A DNA stretch of 64,000 nt from Lachnospiraceae bacterium (GTDB taxonomy: Bacteria > Bacillota > Clostridia > Lachnospirales > Lachnospiraceae), in assembly GCA_022510625.1 (NCBI GenBank), contig JAFLTD010000002.1, positions 5,573 to 69,572 on the forward strand. The letters are read 5' to 3'. Within the stretch, counting starts at the first letter, position 1. Every line of letters starts with the position of its first letter. The notes beneath the pieces were generated by a model. The model made no database searches, was not told where the DNA came from, and saw nothing but the letters and a program-made list of their open reading frames with translations. Both the position numbers and the translations under genes were made by a program. This document shows positions 28,977-39,479 of the stretch, in pieces.

Positions 28977-30566
28977 ATGGAGAAAAAGATAATGCAGAAA
29001 ACAGAACAGCGGTTGGAGTCGTGGCGCGGCAGTGTCACGGCACGGCTTGACCGAATCTCTATGAGAAGGATGGCGGTATATGCCGGTATTCTGTTTGTAT
29101 TCTCTCCCATCCCGATTTTAGTTCTGGGCAGATATAATGTGATGTGTATCGATGACTATGATTTCGGCAGACAGGTACATGACACATGGATGGCGACGAG
29201 GTCTTATGTGCAGTCGATGCAGACTGCATGGCAGCAGAGTATGGAGTTCTATCAAAACTGGCAGGGGACATATGTTTCGTGCTTTTTGATGGGAATTTGT
29301 CCGATGAATTTCAATTATGGAATTGCGTATGTGGTTCCCATCCTAATGGTCAGCATATTTACTGTGTCTGTTTTTATTCTCGGCACGCATGTTTTGTGCA
29401 GATGGCTGGGCGCTGATCGGGCGGGAAGCTGTTTTGTGACGTTTATGCTTCTATTTATGTATTATCAGGTGATGGAGGCACCCTTTGAGGGGATTTATTG
29501 GTATAACGGAGCAATACATTATGTTTGGATGGAATCGGTTTTATTCTTGTGCCTGACAGCGATTTCGGCGTGTATATGGACAGGTAGTAAAGTCGCAGAG
29601 ATGCTGTTGTGCATTGCCTCGGCGCTGCTTTCCGTGATTGTGAGCGGAGGCAATCTGGTGACAGGTCTTCAGGCGGAGATCATGATGGCATTGCTCATTC
29701 TTTATGCCGCGGTGGCGAACCGCAAGAAGTTGATAGCGTTAGTCATTCCTTTTATCACGGGCAGTATCGGTTTTTTGTTCAACATACTGGCACCGGGCAA
29801 CGCACAGAGAGGTGCGCTGGACATGAATACAGGTTATTCTGCGGTGATGTCTGTGCTTTTATCCTTCTATCACACAGTAGTGTTTGTCATCCGTTGGACG
29901 CCTGGATTTGTTATTTTGATTTGGCTGCTGCTTCTTCCGGTCATGTGGAGGATCGCGCGGCAGTCTGAGAGGTCTTTTAACCATCCTGTATATGTGACTC
30001 TGGGGACTGTCTGCGTGATTGCAACCATGTTTACACCGACGCTTTATGCTGTTGGCATGGTAGGGCTTTCCAGAGTAGATAATATTATCCAGATGGTGTA
30101 TTATCTGTGACTGATGATGGTGACCGTTTACTGGTTGGGTTACTTTTCCCATAGGGCAACGGGCGGTAGCACAGAGCCGGGTGCAGTGATACCTACGGAC
30201 ACGGAAGAACTTTGTGCAGGGAATATACTTGGACTGTTTTTGGAGAAAGCCGGAAAGCGGATGACGGCAATTCTTCTTCTGGCGGTACTCACAGTGTGGA
30301 TTTTTACGGCCGACAAAAATACCTATACGAGTATTTCTGCGCTGCGTTCGCTGGTTAACGGGAGCGCGCAGACTTTTTATGCGGAAGCTATGGAACGACA
30401 TGAGATGTATATGGACGATACGATTACCGACGTTGAAGTAAAATCATATTCCGCAAGACCGGCTCTTTTTGCGGTTGATGATCTTACGGAAGATGCGTAC
30501 AATTGGCTGAATCTTGCCGTTGCGCAGTATTACTATAAGATGTCTGTGCGAGTGGCAGATGAATGA
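28977..30566 (+). pseudogene. DUF6056-like GT-C-type membrane protein interrupted by one in-frame TGA (30108-30110)
   Basis: ORFs 28977..30110 and 30114..30566 are in the same frame (TAT CTG TGA CTG ATG); together they align end to end with intact 58917..60377 (DDY/F.FG, WQGT, APGN, NW.N.AVA.YY.K..VRV). Confidence 0.7.
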
Positions 30567-30579
30567 AGAAGAGGTTGAC

Positions 30580-31329
30580 ATGTCTGACAAATTAAAATTA
30601 CCGAACGTTACGCTGGCTGCAATGACCAGTGTGGATATTTATGAGACGATTAAGGCAATGGAATACAGTATGCGGCAGATTGAATTTGCAGACGCAGTAT
30701 TGATCACGCACAGAAAACCGCTTTCATTGCCCGGGTCCATACGCTATTCCCACACATCCAGACTGGACAATATAGACAAATTTAACTATAAAATGGTTTA
30801 TGAACTGGGAGAACACATTCATACGGACTATGTGCTGCTCATCCATGCGGACGGATTTGTGGTGCACCCGGAGAGCTGGCGTGATGAGTTCTTAGATTAT
30901 GACTATATCGGGTCTCCGTGGCCGCTTCCAACAAACGATTACGCCTACCGGGATTCCAAGGGACAGATTTGTCGCGTGGGAAACAGCGTTTCGATTCGCA
31001 GCAAGAGTTTGCTGGACTTTCCTAAACAGGCAGGGCTGAAATGGGAGAAGATGGAGGATGACAATTACAACGAGGACACTTTTCTGTGTTGTAAGAATAA
31101 GAATGTGATTGAAGATGCCGGGATGGAATTTGCGCCCATTGATGTGGCGAAATATTTCGGACACGAGCATATGATTCCGGAAATTATGGATGTGGAGAAA
31201 CCATTTGTCTTTCACAAGTGGAGGGGTAGAAATGAGCAGTACCCGAAATTTGTCAATCCGTGGAAGGTCAGATGGCAGAAAACGAAAGATTATATCCGCC
31301 CATTTCTTTTCTGGAGGAGAATACGGTAA
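30580..31329 (+). CDS. DUF5672-like putative glycosyltransferase
   Basis: LLIHADGFV, FLDYDYIGSPW, VGN.VSIRSK, NED; ATG at 30580 follows a GAGGT RBS. Confidence 0.7.
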   Translation: MSDKLKLPNVTLAAMTSVDIYETIKAMEYSMRQIEFADAVLITHRKPLSLPGSIRYSHTSRLDNIDKFNYKMVYELGEHIHTDYVLLIHADGFVVHPESWRDEFLDYDYIGSPWPLPTNDYAYRDSKGQICRVGNSVSIRSKSLLDFPKQAGLKWEKMEDDNYNEDTFLCCKNKNVIEDAGMEFAPIDVAKYFGHEHMIPEIMDVEKPFVFHKWRGRNEQYPKFVNPWKVRWQKTKDYIRPFLFWRRIR

Positions 31330-31356
31330 TACCGGATTGAAGGAGATCCATAGTGC

Positions 31357-32298
31357 ATGATATATGATTGTATCCCTTTTTTTAACGAACTGGATATTTT
31401 AAAACTCAGGATGCAGATAATGGCACCCTATGTGGATAAGTTTGTGCTGGAGGAGGCCACAGTGACTTTTTCCGGAGATCCCAAACCTATGACTTTTGCC
31501 GAGCACCGTGATATGTTTGCGGAGTTTGAGGATAAGATTATCTATGTGGCAGTGGGCAACTCACCCATGAGCGGCGTGACTACCCATGAGCGGGACAAGT
31601 TCCAGAAGAACCAGCTGATTCGTGGGATGTCGGACTGCAAACCCGATGATATTGTAATCTTCAGTGATGTAGATGAGATACCTAACCCGAAAGTCTTAAC
31701 GGAAATCATACGGGATTTTGACCCCGAGAAGATTTATCATCTGGCACAGCGGATGTTCTATTGTTTTCTGAATATGGAGGAAATATCCGGCAATTTGCTG
31801 TCTATTACCGGGGAATTTAAAGGAGTAGAGCAGAAACAATGGCTGGGAACCAAGATCTGCAGCTTTGGAAATCTGCCTAAGGAAGGTATCGTGTTCCTGC
31901 GGGAGGTATCACCCGATGATCCGCGCAGTGTGCGTGTCGCTGACGGAGGATGGCATTTTGGCTATATGGGCGGCGACGGTGAGCGGGATGTGGCGAAGCG
32001 TATCGGCATCAAGGTACGGGCGGCGGCGCATCAGGAATACAACAAGTCCAGGTATTTGCGCGAAGCGGTAGACCGTCTGCTGATCGGGGAGGATATTTTT
32101 GACAGGGATGCCGAGTTTATACGTGTGCCGATTGATGAGACTTATCCGGAATATTTGCGTACTCATCAGGATGAGTACGCGTTTCTGATTGCGCCCGAAA
32201 TCGGCAGGGCAGGCATTGCATGGAAGAAGGCGAAGCTGAAATGTATGCGATGGATGCGTAAAGCGCATGGAGCGGCGGTCCGCATGATGCATCGCTGA
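31357..32298 (+). CDS. GT17-like glycosyltransferase (GnT-III/MGAT3 family)
   Basis: IYDCIPFFNELDILKLR, VDKFV..E...TFSG..K, SDVDEIP, GGWHFGY. Confidence 0.8.
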   Translation: MIYDCIPFFNELDILKLRMQIMAPYVDKFVLEEATVTFSGDPKPMTFAEHRDMFAEFEDKIIYVAVGNSPMSGVTTHERDKFQKNQLIRGMSDCKPDDIVIFSDVDEIPNPKVLTEIIRDFDPEKIYHLAQRMFYCFLNMEEISGNLLSITGEFKGVEQKQWLGTKICSFGNLPKEGIVFLREVSPDDPRSVRVADGGWHFGYMGGDGERDVAKRIGIKVRAAAHQEYNKSRYLREAVDRLLIGEDIFDRDAEFIRVPIDETYPEYLRTHQDEYAFLIAPEIGRAGIAWKKAKLKCMRWMRKAHGAAVRMMHR

Positions 32299-32320
32299 GA
32301 TATATGATACGAGGAGAAGA

Positions 32321-33580
32321 ATGATGCGGGAACTATACCATAATATCAAGAAAAGCAGACTTCCGTGGTTTCTTTTTTATATTGGATTAACCATTGAGCT
32401 CCTTATAGTGATCGTGGACAAGAGTAACTATGTCAATCCGATTGAGGGACAGCTTTTTAGGATTACGTTCCTGATTTTTGCTTTAAAGCTGATGTTGACG
32501 GATTATTCGAAGAGAGAATGGTGCGTTATAGCCCTGCTGGAGGCGGTGGCTTTTGTGTCCTATCGCGTAACGGGGGCCAACGACCTGATTCGCCTGGTTA
32601 CTTTTGTGGCGGCATGCAAGAATATTCCTCTCAGGCAGATGTTGAAATACACCTTCTATGTGACGTTGATTGGATGTGTAACCATCGTTATGCTGTCGGT
32701 GACAGGTATCTATGGGGATATCAGTCTGACAACGGTGTTCGGACACACCGGATCCGAAGATTTGGATGCCGCTCGTTACTGCCAGGCTGATCCTATATTG
32801 GAGACCCGTTATACATTGGGTATGGGACATCCGAATGCACTTGCCTGCATGTTCTTTATGTTAGTGGTTTTGGGGGTCTATGTCTGGTTTGATCGGATGA
32901 AATGGTATATATATATCTTTGTTATGATGCTGAACGTGGGCGTCTATGCCCTGACGGATTCCAAGACGGGGATGCTGATAACAACCCTGTTCCTGATCGG
33001 TGCCTGTCTGTTGACCTACTGTAAAAGCTTGCGTGAAAAAAAATTCACCTATGTGTGCGGGCTGTTGGTGCTTGCTATGTGTCTGGCATTTTCCCTGGAC
33101 GCCGCGGTAAATGCGCAGAGAGTACGGGTTGCACAGTGGAGCGATTATTTTCTGGGAGGGAACGATGATAACAGGCATATTGGGGTGTTGTCGCGGATTG
33201 ACAGAATGATCACGGGTAGAATAATCACCCTCACAGACACGGAGAGGAATGACGGCATGATTGAAACGTGGTCAGTTTTTTCCTGCCCTGAAAACATGGA
33301 TTACTATTTTGACATGGGGTGGGTCAAACTGTTTTATCGCTACGGTGTTGTGCCCGGACTTATCTATCTTGTGTTTTGTCTTGCATTTTGGCGGAAATTG
33401 TATAGGCAAAAAGATGCATGCGGATTGCTTGTTTTTACCATCCTGGCCATATATACAGTTATAGAGGCGCACTTAATCTCCGTGTATCTGGGAAGGAATT
33501 TTATGCTCATGATGATGGGGTACTATCTTACGGGCGAAAACCGGATACGGAATCATATGTCAAACGGTTATAAAGATTGA
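32321..33580 (+). CDS. Wzy-like polysaccharide polymerase 1
   Basis: About 10-11 TM helices, RYTLGMGHPN motif, TDSKTG. Confidence 0.65.
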   Translation: MMRELYHNIKKSRLPWFLFYIGLTIELLIVIVDKSNYVNPIEGQLFRITFLIFALKLMLTDYSKREWCVIALLEAVAFVSYRVTGANDLIRLVTFVAACKNIPLRQMLKYTFYVTLIGCVTIVMLSVTGIYGDISLTTVFGHTGSEDLDAARYCQADPILETRYTLGMGHPNALACMFFMLVVLGVYVWFDRMKWYIYIFVMMLNVGVYALTDSKTGMLITTLFLIGACLLTYCKSLREKKFTYVCGLLVLAMCLAFSLDAAVNAQRVRVAQWSDYFLGGNDDNRHIGVLSRIDRMITGRIITLTDTERNDGMIETWSVFSCPENMDYYFDMGWVKLFYRYGVVPGLIYLVFCLAFWRKLYRQKDACGLLVFTILAIYTVIEAHLISVYLGRNFMLMMMGYYLTGENRIRNHMSNGYKD

Positions 33581-33618
33581 ATTTTTTCCCGAAAAATGGT
33601 ATTCTAAATTGATATAAT
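33577..33618 (+). promoter_or_regulatory. Putative sigma-A promoter(s) for the cpsE-like gene
   Basis: TTGAAT (33577-33582), 17 nt spacer, TGgTATTCT (-10 at 33600-33605); a second perfect extended -10 TGaTATAAT at 33610-33618. Confidence 0.6.
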
Positions 33619-33657
33619 ATTTTTATATGATAGATGGAAATTACCTGAGGGATAGGA

Positions 33658-35070
33658 ATGAACCGTAAAACAAAAATAGTGGAGGGATACTGGCTGCTCT
33701 TTACGGATTTGGTCAGTATTACCGTCGCGTATATCATTTCCATTTTAATACGTTTCCAAAAATTCAGATGGGTCGATGAACCGGAACTTCACTTCATGGT
33801 ATGCATCTGTTTTCTGTTGTTCTGTACGGTCTACAGCTTCCTTTTTGACTGGAACAGAGAGTTTCTGAGAAGAGGAGTTTTCGTAGAATTTATAGCCGTT
33901 ATCAAATTTAATGTTTTCATGGCGCTGTCGGTGATGGCGTTTCTGTTCCTGCTGCAACGCGGCGCAGATTTTTCACGTCTTGTGATGGGTTATTTTGTCA
34001 TCTTGGATGTGCTGATTGTCTGGAGCGTAAGAATCGGAACGAAGAAGATACTGCGCGTTTATTTCACATCCAAATCCAATATTGTCAAGATTATGATTAT
34101 CACGAAAGATTCCGCACTGGATAAGACGGTGACCAAATTGAAAGCAGCGATGGACATCAACTACGAAATCGTGGCGCTTGCCTGTGTGGACGTTGACCGC
34201 AAAGGAGTGGTCATAGATGGCATCAAGGTCAATGCGGACGGCAGCAATGTGCTTGATCTTGCGAGGCAGATGCCGCTTGATGAGGTGTTTGTCAATCTGC
34301 CGGAAGAGGACAAGGATTATGTGAGACATATCATATATGATCTTGAGTCTATGGGCATAGTCTGCCATTATAATATTGATATCGTTGAGCGGCCTCAGAA
34401 GGAAGTCAGAGTGGGAAACTTTGCGGGCTATACGGTGGTGACGTACTCCGTCAATCACTTTGATTATAGACGAATGACGATCAAAAGGCTTCTTGATGTT
34501 GTCGGGGGATTGGTTGGATGTATTCTGACTGTTCTGGTGACCCCTTTTGTGGCACTGGCGATTCGGATCGATTCGCCGGGTCCTATCTTTTTTGCACAGA
34601 CCAGAATCGGCAAGAACGGGAGGCGCTTTAAAATCTATAAATTCCGTTCTATGTATATTGATGCGGAGGAGCGCAAGAAAGAGTTGGAAGGGCAGAATGA
34701 GATGCAGGGATTGATGTTTAAGATGGATAATGATCCACGTATTACCAGGGTGGGACATTTCATTCGCAAGACAAGCATCGACGAACTACCCCAGTTTTTT
34801 AATATCGTGAAAGGTGATATGAGTCTGGTTGGGACAAGACCTCCGACGGAGGATGAGTTTGAAAAGTATAATTCTCATTACAGAAGACGTATCAGCATGA
34901 CACCGGGACTGACAGGACTATGGCAGATCAGCGGGCGCAGTGAGATAGTAGATTTTGATGAAGTGGTGAAATTGGATTTGGAATATATCGATAACTGGAC
35001 GCTGGGACTGGACATGAAGATTCTGTTTCGCACAATATGGGTCGTGTTGACCGGGAAAGGTTCTAAATAA
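33658..35070 (+). CDS. Priming polyprenyl glycosylphosphotransferase (CpsE/WchA/WbaP-type large PGT)
   Basis: 4 N-terminal TM helices, CoA-binding-like middle domain, KRLLDV, KFRSM, DPRITRVG, IDELPQFFN.VKGDMSLVGTRP, PGLTGLWQ. Confidence 0.92.
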   Translation: MNRKTKIVEGYWLLFTDLVSITVAYIISILIRFQKFRWVDEPELHFMVCICFLLFCTVYSFLFDWNREFLRRGVFVEFIAVIKFNVFMALSVMAFLFLLQRGADFSRLVMGYFVILDVLIVWSVRIGTKKILRVYFTSKSNIVKIMIITKDSALDKTVTKLKAAMDINYEIVALACVDVDRKGVVIDGIKVNADGSNVLDLARQMPLDEVFVNLPEEDKDYVRHIIYDLESMGIVCHYNIDIVERPQKEVRVGNFAGYTVVTYSVNHFDYRRMTIKRLLDVVGGLVGCILTVLVTPFVALAIRIDSPGPIFFAQTRIGKNGRRFKIYKFRSMYIDAEERKKELEGQNEMQGLMFKMDNDPRITRVGHFIRKTSIDELPQFFNIVKGDMSLVGTRPPTEDEFEKYNSHYRRRISMTPGLTGLWQISGRSEIVDFDEVVKLDLEYIDNWTLGLDMKILFRTIWVVLTGKGSK

Positions 35071-36146
35071 TGGGAAATGACAGACTGAAAGTACTGATGG
35101 TTGGTCCCGACAGAAGCGTGCACGGTGGGATTTCCGGTGTGGTGAACAACTATTATGATGCCGGACTGGATCGTATGATCGATCTGTGTTATATCGGTAC
35201 GATGGTAGAAGGATCGAAATGGATTAAACTGTTGCAGGCTGCGAAAGCATATGTACGTTTTCTGATTAGGATTTCAAAGTATGACATTGTCCATGTCAAT
35301 ATGGCATCGGATGCCAGTTATTACAGGAAATCCGTCTTTATCAGAACCGCGAAGGCATGTCGCAAGAAAGTAGTGATTCATCAGCACGGAGGAAATTTTC
35401 CGGAATTTTATGAAAAGGAATTGAGTGACAGAGGCAGACAGCGTGTAAAAAAAGTTCTTTCCATGGGAGACGCCTTTCTCGTATTAGGTACGGCTTGGAA
35501 GGATTTTTTCGGAACGATTATCGGGCGGGATGCCATTACGGTTCTGCCGGATGCAATCTGTGTTCCGGAAAAGAAAGAAAAGCAGTATGGAATGCATAAG
35601 ATATTGTTTTTGGGAAGACTGTGTAAGGGAAAAGGCATCGGGGAACTGCTGACGGTCATGCCTGGTCTGCGGGAACAATATCCGGATGTCCGCCTGTATC
35701 TTGCCGGTATCTGGGAAGATCAGGAGTTGAGGGCACAGGCATTGTCGCTGGGAGAGTGTGTGACAGATCTGGGATGGATCAGTGGAGCCACAAAACAGCA
35801 GTATTTAAGTGAATGTGATATCTTTGTGATGCCATCTTATTTCGAAGGTCAATCAGTCTCTATTCTGGAGGCCATGGCAAATGCATGCGCTATTGTGGCA
35901 TCGAAGACGGGAGGTATTCCCGATATGGTCATAGAAGGGGACACAGGGCTTTTTGCAGTGCCTAAAGATGCAAAGACGTTGGAGGAAGGTTTGTTGAAAC
36001 TGCTTGCGGATCCGGAATTGTGCCGTATGCTCGGAGAAAATGCCCGCAGGAAAGTAGAGACAGAGTTTTCCCTAGATAATAATATTAAGCAGCTTCTTGC
36101 CATATATGAGTCGGTTAGCTGCAGGGGGCAGCATCATGAAAAATGA
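35070..36146 (+). CDS. GT4 glycosyltransferase
   Basis: HGGIS, HQHGG, FLGRL..GKG, EGQSVSILEAMA. Confidence 0.9.
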   Translation: MGNDRLKVLMVGPDRSVHGGISGVVNNYYDAGLDRMIDLCYIGTMVEGSKWIKLLQAAKAYVRFLIRISKYDIVHVNMASDASYYRKSVFIRTAKACRKKVVIHQHGGNFPEFYEKELSDRGRQRVKKVLSMGDAFLVLGTAWKDFFGTIIGRDAITVLPDAICVPEKKEKQYGMHKILFLGRLCKGKGIGELLTVMPGLREQYPDVRLYLAGIWEDQELRAQALSLGECVTDLGWISGATKQQYLSECDIFVMPSYFEGQSVSILEAMANACAIVASKTGGIPDMVIEGDTGLFAVPKDAKTLEEGLLKLLADPELCRMLGENARRKVETEFSLDNNIKQLLAIYESVSCRGQHHEK

Positions 36147-37134
36147 TGAACCGTTGATCAGTGTGATCGTTCCCGTCTATAATGGGCAGGATTATTTGGA
36201 AAATTGCATTCGGAGCATTGAAGACCAGACTTATGGAAATCTTGAGGTCATCATTGTCAATGACGGTTCTACGGACGATACCGCTGCTGTGTGCGACAGA
36301 CTGAAGGGCGATTATGACAATGTTAGTGTTCTGACCTTGGGTGATGTGGGAGTCTCTGCCGCAAGAAATGCGGGTATTGATGCCGCCGGAGGTGATTTTA
36401 TCACGTTTGTGGATGCAGATGACAGACTCTGTGCCGGAACTGTAAGGACTCTGTATGACTGCATGATCAATACGGAAAGTGATGTCGCCGGCTGCGGATT
36501 CTTTGAATGGAGTGACGAAGAAGATTGGACGCGTGGCGCTGCCGCAGAAAGCGAAAACGGGCGGGTTGTGACATACGATGCGGGCAAATATTTAAAAGAT
36601 GCCGTTCTGTGCGGCAACAGTCGCTGCTGGAGTAAGCTTTACCGCAGAGAAATATTTGATAAAGTTCTTTTTCCGGAAAAACTTTCCATCGGAGAGGATA
36701 TGCTGTTCCTCGTAAGGATGCTGCCTTATGTGGGCAGGATCGCAGAGACGGATTATAAAGGTTACGGATATTACAGGAATCCGTCAGGTGCCATAAATCG
36801 TGAATTTACACCGGGATATATGGATCAGATTACCTGTTGGCAGCTTGCGAGGGAAGAGGTCCTGCGTATCGACCGGAGCCTAGATGCCCGGGTAACCACA
36901 CTGTACATGATGGGTATCATGTTAACGGCAGGGAAACTTGCCATGCTGCCGGCGGCGGATAGACGTAAACAGCAGAAGTATATTCGGGTCTGCCATGACA
37001 GTCTCAAGGCAGCAATGCGTGTTTCGGGGGCATACGGCGGATTATCGACCGGGTATCGGATTAAGGTCAGGGTGTTTCTTCTCTGTCCGGGTTTATACCT
37101 GTATCTGTACCATTTGCGGAAAGCTGTCCACTGA
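36136..37134 (+). CDS. GT2 glycosyltransferase
   Basis: ISVIVPVYN, VNDGSTD, GVSAARNAG, FVDADD, GED. Confidence 0.9.
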   Translation: MKNDEPLISVIVPVYNGQDYLENCIRSIEDQTYGNLEVIIVNDGSTDDTAAVCDRLKGDYDNVSVLTLGDVGVSAARNAGIDAAGGDFITFVDADDRLCAGTVRTLYDCMINTESDVAGCGFFEWSDEEDWTRGAAAESENGRVVTYDAGKYLKDAVLCGNSRCWSKLYRREIFDKVLFPEKLSIGEDMLFLVRMLPYVGRIAETDYKGYGYYRNPSGAINREFTPGYMDQITCWQLAREEVLRIDRSLDARVTTLYMMGIMLTAGKLAMLPAADRRKQQKYIRVCHDSLKAAMRVSGAYGGLSTGYRIKVRVFLLCPGLYLYLYHLRKAVH

Positions 37135-37189
37135 TCTGTTGATGTGAAAAGAATCAGGTATTAATTTCGGAGGAGGACTGATATAAATT

Positions 37190-38233
37190 ATGTCGAAAGT
37201 AAAGTATAAGATCAGCGTGATTGTTCCGGTTTATAATAAAGAGGATTATTTGGAACAGTGTATTGACAGCATTCTGGCTCAAACATACGGGAACTTTGAA
37301 TTGCTGCTTATTGACGATGAATCTACGGACGGAAGCGGAGTAATCTGTGACAGATATGCGGATAAAGATCAGCGCGTCAGAGTATTTCACCGGAAGAACG
37401 GCGGCCCCACAGCAGCGGTAATGACCGGAATGAGGGAGGCTGTGGGAGATTACTATACATTTATTGACAGTGATGACTATGTCAGTAAGAATATGCTGCA
37501 GGAGATGGCAGGGTGTCTGACCGGAAGGCGGGATGAGATCGTCTGCTGTAACCATGTGTTAGAGAAGCAGAAGGAGACGATTCCCGTCATACAGCCGCTG
37601 CCACCGGGTGTGTATGAGGGAGAGAAGCTTGAGAAAGAGATTAAGGAGAAACTGCTGGGACGGGAAGACAGGATCATTCCTGTGTCCCGCTGTATGAAAC
37701 TCTTTGCAAAATCTGTGTTTGACAACAATGAACAGTACTATGACACGCGGCTTCGTATGGGAGACGATTTTAACCTGACTTATCCGGCGCTGCTTGCCTC
37801 AAACAGGATCGTTATCATGAAAGAGGCGCTTTTCTATCATTACCGCTATGTTGAAGATTCCATTGTGCACGGTTACGATCCGGATAATGCGGAGAGTATT
37901 GAACGATGGTATCAGGCTATGCTGCGGATCGTGCGCGATAAGAATGTTCCCGACGGTGAAACGAAACTTGACAGGGAATACTGTTATATGATGATGTATG
38001 TCATGAAAAACGAGCTGCGCAATCCGGAGAAAAATTATATACGGAAGATACAGGAGATCTTCATGAAGACGGAAGTAAGGGAGAAGATCATAAAGACACC
38101 GATTTATGTAAGAAACAGGGCAAACGCACTTCTGTATCTTGGGATGCAGTATCCCAACAAGACGCTGCTGCGTATTCTGAGAATGATTGTGAAGAAATAT
38201 GACAATTCCGGAAATAAGCGCAAGGTGAAATAG
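37190..38233 (+). CDS. GT2 glycosyltransferase
   Basis: ISVIVPVYN, IDDESTD, FIDSDD, MGDD. Confidence 0.9.
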   Translation: MSKVKYKISVIVPVYNKEDYLEQCIDSILAQTYGNFELLLIDDESTDGSGVICDRYADKDQRVRVFHRKNGGPTAAVMTGMREAVGDYYTFIDSDDYVSKNMLQEMAGCLTGRRDEIVCCNHVLEKQKETIPVIQPLPPGVYEGEKLEKEIKEKLLGREDRIIPVSRCMKLFAKSVFDNNEQYYDTRLRMGDDFNLTYPALLASNRIVIMKEALFYHYRYVEDSIVHGYDPDNAESIERWYQAMLRIVRDKNVPDGETKLDREYCYMMMYVMKNELRNPEKNYIRKIQEIFMKTEVREKIIKTPIYVRNRANALLYLGMQYPNKTLLRILRMIVKKYDNSGNKRKVK

Positions 38234-38267
38234 CAGTGAAGAATAATAGAAAGGGCATGACTGGCAG

Positions 38268-39479
38268 ATGGATAATCGAATCGTGATGTATTTGCACGGC
38301 GGAAGTGGGAATCATGGCTGTGAGGCAATTATAAACAGCACGTGCCATATGTTGGAGGATCTTCCCAAACTTCTTGTGACAAACAGTGAAAAAGAAGACA
38401 GATTTTATTCATTAGAGCCACTGTGTGACATTTTGCAGGAAAGAAAGATTGCGGATCATTTCTTTGCACACGTATGGTATTATGTGTGGCGTGCGGTATT
38501 TCATGATCCCGAATCTTTTATGCGATACCGTTTCCGAAAAGTTCTCGGCAAAAACCGCGCTCCGCTGTACATATCCACGGGCGGCGATATGTACTGCTAT
38601 GAACTGTCCAAAAAAGAAGCAATCGTGGCAAACAGTACTTTTTGCAGGGCAGGTGCCAAGACTGTTCTGTGGGGATGTTCTCTGGAGCCGGAATTGTTGC
38701 AGGAAACCGAGGTTGTTGAGGATATGAAACGCTATGCGCTTATAACACCCCGCGAATCCATTACGGCAGAAGCGCTTCGTAAAGTCGGAATCACAGAGAA
38801 TGTTAAACTTTTTCCGGATCCGGCATTCGCACTGGAACCGCAGAAGACGGAACTGCCCAAAAAGTTTGTGGCAGGTAAAACGATCGGCATCAATATCAGT
38901 CCCATGATTGTTCGCAATGAAAAGGTCCCGGGGATTACGATTGACAATTATCGGAGATTGATAGAGCATATTTTGCAGAACACGGACGACTGCGTAGCCT
39001 TGATTCCGCACGTTATGTGGAATTATAATGATGACAGATTGACATTAAAAGAGCTTTACCGGGGATATGAGGCTAATGAGCGCGTGTTAATCTTTCCGGA
39101 TATGTCCTGTCAGAAACTGAAATATATCATCTCTCAGTGCAGGGCTTTTATCGGAGCCAGAACGCACGCGACGATTGCGGCTTATTCAAGCTGTGTTCCC
39201 ACGCTCGTAGTGGGATATTCTGTCAAGGCAAGAGGGATTGCAAGAGATCTGTTTGGCAGTGAAGAACATTATGTCCTTCCTGTACAGGCACTGGAAAAAC
39301 CCGAGGAATTGATTCGGGCATACGACTGGATAATGGAGAAAGAACAGAAGATTAGGAATCGGCTTGAGACGATTATGCCCGAATATTGTGCCCGGGCGAA
39401 ATCAGCAGGAGATGAGATACGTAAGCTTTGGGAAGAAATACGTGTACAGGAGGGACAACATGATGAAGCGGCTCATTAG
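38268..39479 (+). CDS. Polysaccharide pyruvyl transferase (WcaK/CsaB family)
   Basis: GNHGCEAI, GGDMY, RESIT, PDPAF, FIGARTHATIAA, YSVK. Confidence 0.85.
   Translation: MDNRIVMYLHGGSGNHGCEAIINSTCHMLEDLPKLLVTNSEKEDRFYSLEPLCDILQERKIADHFFAHVWYYVWRAVFHDPESFMRYRFRKVLGKNRAPLYISTGGDMYCYELSKKEAIVANSTFCRAGAKTVLWGCSLEPELLQETEVVEDMKRYALITPRESITAEALRKVGITENVKLFPDPAFALEPQKTELPKKFVAGKTIGINISPMIVRNEKVPGITIDNYRRLIEHILQNTDDCVALIPHVMWNYNDDRLTLKELYRGYEANERVLIFPDMSCQKLKYIISQCRAFIGARTHATIAAYSSCVPTLVVGYSVKARGIARDLFGSEEHYVLPVQALEKPEELIRAYDWIMEKEQKIRNRLETIMPEYCARAKSAGDEIRKLWEEIRVQEGQHDEAAH

Noticed and set aside
30108-30160. Selenocysteine or genetic-code reassignment at the in-frame TGA
   Set aside because: The position is in a TM helix of a non-redox protein, no convincing SECIS hairpin follows, and TGA is used as a normal stop by many other genes in the window
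30162-30170. ops-like GGCGGTAGC
   Set aside because: Lies within coding sequence (Gly-Gly-Ser) with no JUMPstart context
33036-33043. Homopolymer tracts as phase-variation switches (A8 here; T8 at 976-983 and 63244-63251)
   Set aside because: Short A/T runs within intact frames, explained by Lys/Phe codons; no long G/C tracts or simple sequence repeats seen
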